In this document: positions 45,411-54,715 of the stretch, one piece after another
Layout of the letters: each line of letters begins with the position of its first letter
Position numbering within the stretch: the stretch's first letter is position 1
Assembly: GCA_000934665.2 (NCBI GenBank)
Contig: JYFJ02002563.1
Location: forward strand, 1-54,715
Direction of reading: 5' to 3'
DNA from: Catajapyx aquilonaris
Lineage: Eukaryota
Length of the DNA: 54,715 nt
Notes under the pieces: model-generated
The model's input: only the letters and a program-made list of their open reading frames with translations
Told to the model about the DNA's origin: nothing
The model's database searches: none
Translations under genes and position numbers: made by a program

Positions 45411-47982
45411 ATGGTGGTACTTACATCAAGTACCACTGTGACATTGCGTTCATTCCAGTACTGCTGCTGCAATAATTTTTTTTTTGTCCTGATTCCAGGA
45501 GCGATGACTCTTGAGGGTTCAGGCTTCCAGAAACGGTTGACATAAACGCACAGTTACCCAGAAGTGGTTTTCAAATCGATATGTTGCTGAGGGGGTTTTT
45601 GTGGGGTTGGAGGTATGTGGTGGAAGGGGGACACTCGTCCCACACGCGCACTTTTTACGCACTCACGCATGCCACAAAGTGTTTGACCGCGTCTATATAC
45701 AAGAGGTTAAATTGAATTATTGAAAGTACAAAGGGCGAAGTCTAAGGTGTGCAATACTAGTTCAATACTATCGTAAAACAATAGGTTAAATTTTTAATAC
45801 CGACAGCATTACGTTCGTTTGTTCACAAGCAAACAGGTGACAACTTATTGAAAATATGCTTCTAAAGCTTGCTTAGGAAAGAAAAAAAAGTGAGTGTGTG
45901 AATGGGTCATTGTTCCTGTCGGCTTCATTCAATTATTAACGGCGTCTCTTCTTCCTCGGCAATTATAAACGCATTTCCGGTTGCGTCTCCTGGTTACGGC
46001 CTCGATATGGATTGGAGTCGATACTATTTCAGGCCTCGCGGGCCATTGCACTTTTACACGCACTTTAAAAGGGTGGAAAGGTGGGGGTTGCCCTCTACAC
46101 AAATAATAAACGCGGAAAACTGAATCACCCCCTCCGGTTCAATGAATCCCCGATCGATTTGGGAAAGGTGTATATAGTAGAGGCTATAGTAGTGCTGCAC
46201 CCCCTTTCGAACGGCTCTCCTTTGCAATTTTTCTCCATTGGTTTTAGTCCTGGTATGTCAGGTGTTGCAACCGGTCATCTCTGGAGGAGTGCGTTGAACC
46301 CAGGTAATAATTAGTGAGACATTACCCGCCCCCCTTTTTTCGATGGGAGCATTTCACACCCATTCTTAGTAGGGTGATACCGACTGGCACCAGATAATAT
46401 GCATGGGGGGTTGTACTATAAGGTTCATCAATGGCCTATAGGACTCTAGATAGGTGACTGCCCCCTAGGTTTTTGGTTGTGTCTGGGAAGTAGGCTGATC
46501 GATTCTCTCCACCCCCACCACCCACCACCCAACATTTCTGTCTTGAGGGTTGGGGGACCCCTCTGCATGCAACATATAGACTGACACGAGTCGGTTCACT
46601 TCTGGTTACAAAGACACGTGTGCCTTTGGTTTGCTGCTGTTTTTTTATAGTGACCGGGTTTTTTAATTGGGAGGAGAGTTATGGCCTGATTGGCTTCCAT
46701 TGAAGTCGAGGATTGCGCTGTGTTGGTAGCAGTGTCATGTAAGAGATGGTTTCAAAAATATTAATAGGGAGTTCAATTACACGGTAGAATGTACCAGGAA
46801 AATAATTTGCCAATCACTCGTTTTTCTTCCGATTATTGTTGTCCATTCGAATTGAATTAATTAATCATGTCACCAGCAGGTTATGTCGCCAAGTATAAGC
46901 TGCACACTTGTACATGCATTTCATAGTTTCGTGTACATATTTAATTTAAAGTACCAGTACCGAGAAATTTAGGAGTCAGCACTTTAATACCTGGAAATTT
47001 AGCAGGCAACGTTGAGAAGTGGCATGCAGTAGATGGCATGGAATTTGTCGTTTCCAGTGCAGGTCGATACACTGCCATATCCTGGCACTGTACTTTATTG
47101 AAGTGCAGTATTAAAATTATTAGGCGCTAATTGAGCGGGTCTATTTTTGGATGCGTGCAGTACTAATACGTTAATTGCAACTGGGGAGGAAGGAAAAATT
47201 GAAAGGAAGGATATCTGCACATTTTAAAAACCAGCTCACCTAATAAATAATTGTAACTGTGTAGTTGTAATAGTAAATTGTAATTTCAATGAGGATCAGA
47301 AATTCTTAGTACAGACTGCATAGGATTCGCTGATTTATATCGTGTGACCAGCCAATGCTAAGGAAAAATGTCGTGACCTGTGTGCATAATGTTTCTGAGT
47401 AATCAAATGGCGTTTTACCCGGAGAAACAGTAAGCGATTTAGCGAGTATGAGCAATGGCGAAAACTATCGCAAAGTGGTTTTCCAAACTACCTATTTGGC
47501 TCACCCCAGGTTGCATAAGAGGTGCCAAAGCCCGGCGATATATATCGCATGGCTCTTGTAGCAAGCCAAGATGATCGCGTGCCGACATGATCGAGTGACC
47601 TCATAAGGCAAACCCTTCTTAAAATTTTTCGTCGTAAACATTATAAGTGTGCTTTGGGTGGCAGGGGAATTCCCATGCGTCTCGCACACTCGGACATATT
47701 TCGTCTGAGCACGCCGAAAAGATCACATGCGCCGATTTTTGCTCGGGGAAAAAGAGGTCTCCGCAAATGGGGTAAACCTTGGCCCCCTTGCCAAAAGCTA
47801 ATTTGCCCAGGTCCGTATAATGACTACTCGTATCTTGAGATTGGCGGGGGTAGCCTCCAGTTGGCTCTTGATTTATATCGGGTTGGTGGGAGGGTTTTTG
47901 CGAAAATTGAGGCCGACGCACGGTTGAGTGACGTTGAGACTATAGAAAGGGTATCACAGCACAGCTCGATCCTCGGAAGGCA

Positions 47983-48179
47983 ATGAGCGTGTGCCTGAGA
48001 GAAGTGTCGGCTGCTGCACCGGTCGACGCCTTGGAGCTCAAGTTCTCCGCGAGGTACATTCGGAGCCTGTGTCCTAATCGTCCGGTGCTGCATCTTCCGG
48101 AGATACCAGAGAACGGAAGCATGGCGCCCAGTGTTTCGGTCAGGTTGCCTCCGATCATGGAGTCCTCCTCAAGCACCAG
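47983..48179 (+). CDS. Candidate alternative first exon of katanin p60-like 1
   Basis: MSVCLREVS...ESSSSTR ending ACC AG|GTGAGT (consensus donor, phase 2); in frame with acceptor 50655. Confidence 0.6.
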
Positions 48180-49822
48180 GTGAGTCTGACGGATCAGTCG
48201 CCCAAATCAACGAAATTTCAGGTCCAAACTATATACCTATGAGTCAACACGGACATATAAGCAGACGGAGAGAATAAGGCGATTAGCAGTACGATTTTCA
48301 GATGTCATTTGGACGTTGAAAAGTGTGTATCCGACCACGGAATTGTTGCCGCGCAAGAGAGTCCCAATGACCCCATATACAGGAAGGAGTGTAACGATTT
48401 TTGTCTGAATATTTTGCTGGTCAATAAGTCGAGGTTCCCGGAAGATATTTTCTTTTATGCGATGCAGAACAGGAAAAGGGGGAGCCATTAAAAAGTTTGA
48501 GGATCGAGGGGGGGGAAATAGCGTTGATGCAGCAACCTGTATCCGAACCGATAAGAAACCGATAAGGTCTGTGGCCACACGAGCCTGAGAAATTTACGGT
48601 CTAAACCACGGTCTAAACACAGCAACGATGTGTTTCATGAAGTTCAGCTCAAGTTACTATGTTTTTTAAGCGCCTGATTCACCGGATTATGCATGGGCTT
48701 CAAGGCAAAGGAAAGGCCCTAAGAGAATTCTCCCAACGTCTTGATGAATAAATAATATATTGCATCATGCGATGCAATACAATCCACTTCCAATGATTTA
48801 GTTGAGCCAGCCCCTATTTAATTTTCTCTGCGAGAATTTGCTGTAAAATGCTCTAAAAAATTCGCATCAAACACTTTCCACGATTGAATGTTTCGTTCTG
48901 AGTTGCAAATAATTCTGGAAGTGGCTTGCGTATACATATTTAGGGCGCTCCATATCGCGTGCTCTCTACTATATAGTACATGACATGTCGTGGCAACGAT
49001 TGCTTTCGCTTGTAATCTGCGCCCTGTGCAAATGCACCCCGATTTCGCCGGCAATGATTTTCCCTTGTACCTTTGCATTATCGCAACCCAAATCAGCAAG
49101 ATTGTCCGCTTTAAATGCAAGGTGAAAATAAAAATTGTTATCAGTGTTTCCTGAATGTTCGTGTCAGGCTTAATACAAAAACTGGTAATCTTATTGTGCC
49201 TAATTCTTGTTACATTTAATGAATCTGAATTGTCCTATATGGTCCGACTCGGCTGTAATAAACAATGAAAGGGTCGAGTTACTGCTAACTTAGCAGTACC
49301 ATTGCCAACACTGGTACTGCTAAGTTAGCAGTAACTATAGCAGTGGGACGAAAATCCCACCCATATAAATACTGATGGGAAAATAATTGTCAATACTTTG
49401 AAGGCCTCTATTTGGACGGTTTCCACGATGATATTGCACATCCATTTTTTTACATTGCTTACAGTATATTGGTCACGCACATTTCTGCGCGCCAAATCGA
49501 TCGAATATGCATAGATTCGCCTAACATTTTTCCAGAGTCGATTCCCCCCAAAAACATTTTGTGCGTCTTGGTCTTGGACGATGGACTCTGGGGTTTCCCC
49601 CAACTTCCTTCCAAGCGTCGTTGTTATGCACGACTGGTATGTTGTGGGGGGGATCAATTGCGACACAGGTGTAATACGTCTGCCACACGCAGCAGTGAGG
49701 CGTCCTTGCAAAATTAATACAGTTATTGGCTTTTTTCCTCCCCCACCAACTCCACCAAGTTGGTCGAATCGGTGTTGAGTGAGTCAAGGTTGCAAGCTCA
49801 GTAGTTTGCTGGATATGCAACA

Positions 49823-51988
<2,166 letters not shown>

Positions 51989-52728
51989 CTGCTTAACGAA
52001 ATAATGCTGTTATTGCTTCCCATGGAGGCCCCGTCATAAATCAACTAGTCGAAGGAAATCAGTCTTTTGGGTATTTATTAGGTAACGTACAGTGGGAGAC
52101 ATGAGGAAGTCACATGCTTCTTTTTTTTGGAATGGAAGAGGGAAAGGGTGTATAAATTATTACATAAGCACTCTTGTAATAAGTACATCCAAGTCTCTTT
52201 TTTTTCTTTTTTGGAAGGGGGACCAAAGTTGGTGAGCAAAGTCCCTCTCGAGGAAAAAAAAAAGAGGCAACAAAATTCACAAAAAAAAGGCAAACAATCC
52301 TAGTCTCAAATCTGAACTGTCCTAAGCTGTAGAGCAAACCAAGTCAAGTGACATGCTGCCAAATAATCGCAAGGGGTTTGGCAGTGCAAATTGTTTGGTC
52401 CTCATAACTCTTTGCAGAAAAAAAAAGTCCAACTGAACACCCAAAAAATGTGAATAAAATCATCTCTATAATATCTAGGTCTCTTTCAACCTGCTTTAAA
52501 TTCTTTTTATTTTCAGCTATAATTTTACTCTTTTTCCCAAAATACGTTGTCTCAGCCTAACATTACCAAAAATACATATCATGCCGCCACATCGGGGCAG
52601 CCATAACAACAACAATTTCGCTCCTTTTTTGGCTGTCGCTCCTTGGAAAAGGAGGGGAGAGCTTGCGACTCTTTCTTGAGTTTTTTAAAAAAAAAAAAAA
52701 AGACAAACAGTGCTGGAAAGGCGTTGGA

Positions 52729-54438
52729 TCACTGAGCCTTTTTCGCTCCCCGAGCTTGCCAAGCCACCATCAAGTTGCGGGCGAAGTAGAGAGAGAAGAG
52801 GTGGACTTGTATGGCCACTGTTATGAAAGCGTACCAAAGGACTGCAATTGGGTAACCCTGAAATGTTTAAAGTCTTGGTAGTGAGAGTTGTATGGACAAC
52901 AATTTCAAAACAACGGCACAATACAGATTCATCGCTCAGCAAATAATTGGCATGGAATGTACACAAATCTCGTGCTAAATAACATACCTTACTCCAGGAA
53001 GAAACTAGCATCTGTTACGGCCATGTCTAGTGGATACTGATTTGCCAAATTTTATCTTCCGAGTTACAATGTGAACTGGACAATAATATCATGGAATATT
53101 ATTAGACAGTTACGCCTACACAAACCGAAACACGGCTTGCTAAGAGAGATAAAAATGTACGTGACATACAAAATGAACAGGTCATACTAATCTTGCACTT
53201 TCAGATTCCAAAGTTTTATAAGGTAATTCGTTAAATTTAATACAAAAATAGGACAACCAAATTGTTTCCAAAGTGTGCAGCGAGTGTTTCAGAACCAAGT
53301 TCCCATCCATAACGATGTCGCAGACGGTCATTTCCACTGTCTCATATGACATATTCATATCATATTGCATTGCTTTGCATATGTACAATACATTCAGTCT
53401 TGAAGTTAACTTTAGAGGAGCAAATGTCCGTTTATACCAATACGGATGCGAGCTACATTCTGAAACACACAGTGTATTTTACACGACACACAATAATGCC
53501 ATTTCTAACCTGCCAGACTTCCACATTGTCAAGGGAAGTGGTAGTGATGTATTCCCAGAAGTCGGAGAAGTAGTAGACAGCAGCAAAAAGGACTGGCAGG
53601 ATGCCAACTGCCACAGTGCCCCCTATGTAGTTGCGGATCGACTTGATCCGGTTCCTCCTTATGGCGGACAAGCCCACGAAGGTGAAGGCAACGCTCAGGC
53701 ACCAAGTGTACTCCCACAATAACGGCTGGCGGTGAACATGTCGTCTCTTTTTTTAAACCCATCTTTCTTTTTTTTGATAACACAAATATTGCAAGCGGGC
53801 CTTTCTTGGTGCACACAAAATTATAGTCATAGTCATTTATTTATCTCCATGTCTCATTATCACAGGGAGATTTACAAAATTATTCAGCTAAATTATGCAA
53901 AATAATTTGGCTCGCTCGTGACACCCAAGAAAGGCTCCTACTTCCCAATGCTGTTTAACGTACCTTGGGGACTTCAAGCTCTTCGACTTCCATAATAAAA
54001 ATGTCCAGTCTGTCGAGTATGTCCGAGGCCAGTTTGGCCAGGAGCGCAAAGAAGAGGAGGTAGTGGAAGAAAATGCAGTATTTCAGACGGTTCTTGTTCA
54101 GGGCACTGAAACGATAATTATTTATTTTTGTTGTTTTACCATCAATAAATTATTCATCATGCAATTTCAATGTGTATTAAAACGTGCGTTGTTTGCATTT
54201 TAATTTGGTGTGATTGTGCCGGTGGTTGATTGGAATGTCCAGGCTTATTTTTAGCAGGCTAGTACATGACAGTACATATACTGAGAGTACTGGTTGTGTA
54301 ATAAAATGTTACATGACTCTTGTGGTTACTTCATTTTTTTTTTTTAGGTTACCTCTGGTGGTACTGGGCTGCTACCCTCTGCCTGTGGACAAAGTCTGTT
54401 CCGTCCGTGCCCGTCACCATCGCCCCTTTGGACGCCAT
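52729..54438 (-). CDS. jagn: Protein jagunal (ER membrane protein, 190 aa)
   Basis: Exons 54438-54353, 54105-53964, 53725-53510, 52857-52729. MASKGAMVTGTDGTDFVHRQRVAAQY...ALNKNRLKYCIFFH...EELEVPKPLLWEY...GYPIAVLWYAF...QVH; C-terminal KKAQ is a KKxx ER-retrieval motif. Confidence 0.96.
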
Positions 54439-54519
54439 CCTCTCCTCCCTGTCCTTGTTGTTTGTTTCTTTTTCTAAAAGAAAAAGATCTTCTCTCCACA
54501 GCAAGAAGCACACTTCTTG

Positions 54520-54715
54520 TCTTTTTCACAACATGGCAGGATCCAGGCGACGGTGCTGCCCTCACTCGGCCACAGAGGGGAGGCTGGTGGGAGCTCGATA
54601 TTTTTGGGGCCAGCCAGGACAATCGTCTGGCCAGAGGAACATGGCTCTTCTATCCGGCCAATCACAGACGGGCGCTCCCCCGCGCCACAGGAGAAGTGTG
54701 GCATGCGCTTGTACT
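54520..54715. promoter_or_regulatory. Putative jagunal promoter region
   Basis: GC-rich, upstream of the jagunal ATG; GCCAATC CCAAT box, GCATGCGC NRF1/EWG-like site, AACATGGC YY1-like sites. Confidence 0.4.

Overview
Eukaryotic, intron-rich genomic DNA, most likely an arthropod (insect-like orthologues, many 55-90 nt introns). It is not prokaryotic, and I found no CRISPR, rRNA or true tRNA. Gene models were built by hand from GT/AG sites and checked for phase. In order: 5' part of an unidentified minus-strand gene with a ~11 kb repeat-rich intron; spermine synthase (+); CD164/endolyn-like sialomucin (-); ZC4H2 (+); three cathepsin L-like proteases (-,+,-); MPC2 (-); an unidentified ~782-aa disordered protein with SxIP motifs (+); katanin p60 (+); a katanin p60-like 1 paralogue lacking the MIT domain (+); jagunal (-). 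Repeats include a tRNA-derived SINE with target-site duplication, a DINE-1/Helentron-type element, a MITE and a decayed SWIM-finger transposase fragment. Best leads: (1) an orphan MLF-like first exon that is phase-compatible with the katanin-like gene; (2) three phase-2 candidate first exons for that gene; (3) a GC splice donor with a competing frameshifting GT donor, plus a mutually exclusive exon pair, in spermine synthase; (4) differential intron loss and S2-pocket divergence among the cathepsins. Family assignments come from recalled motifs, not database searches.
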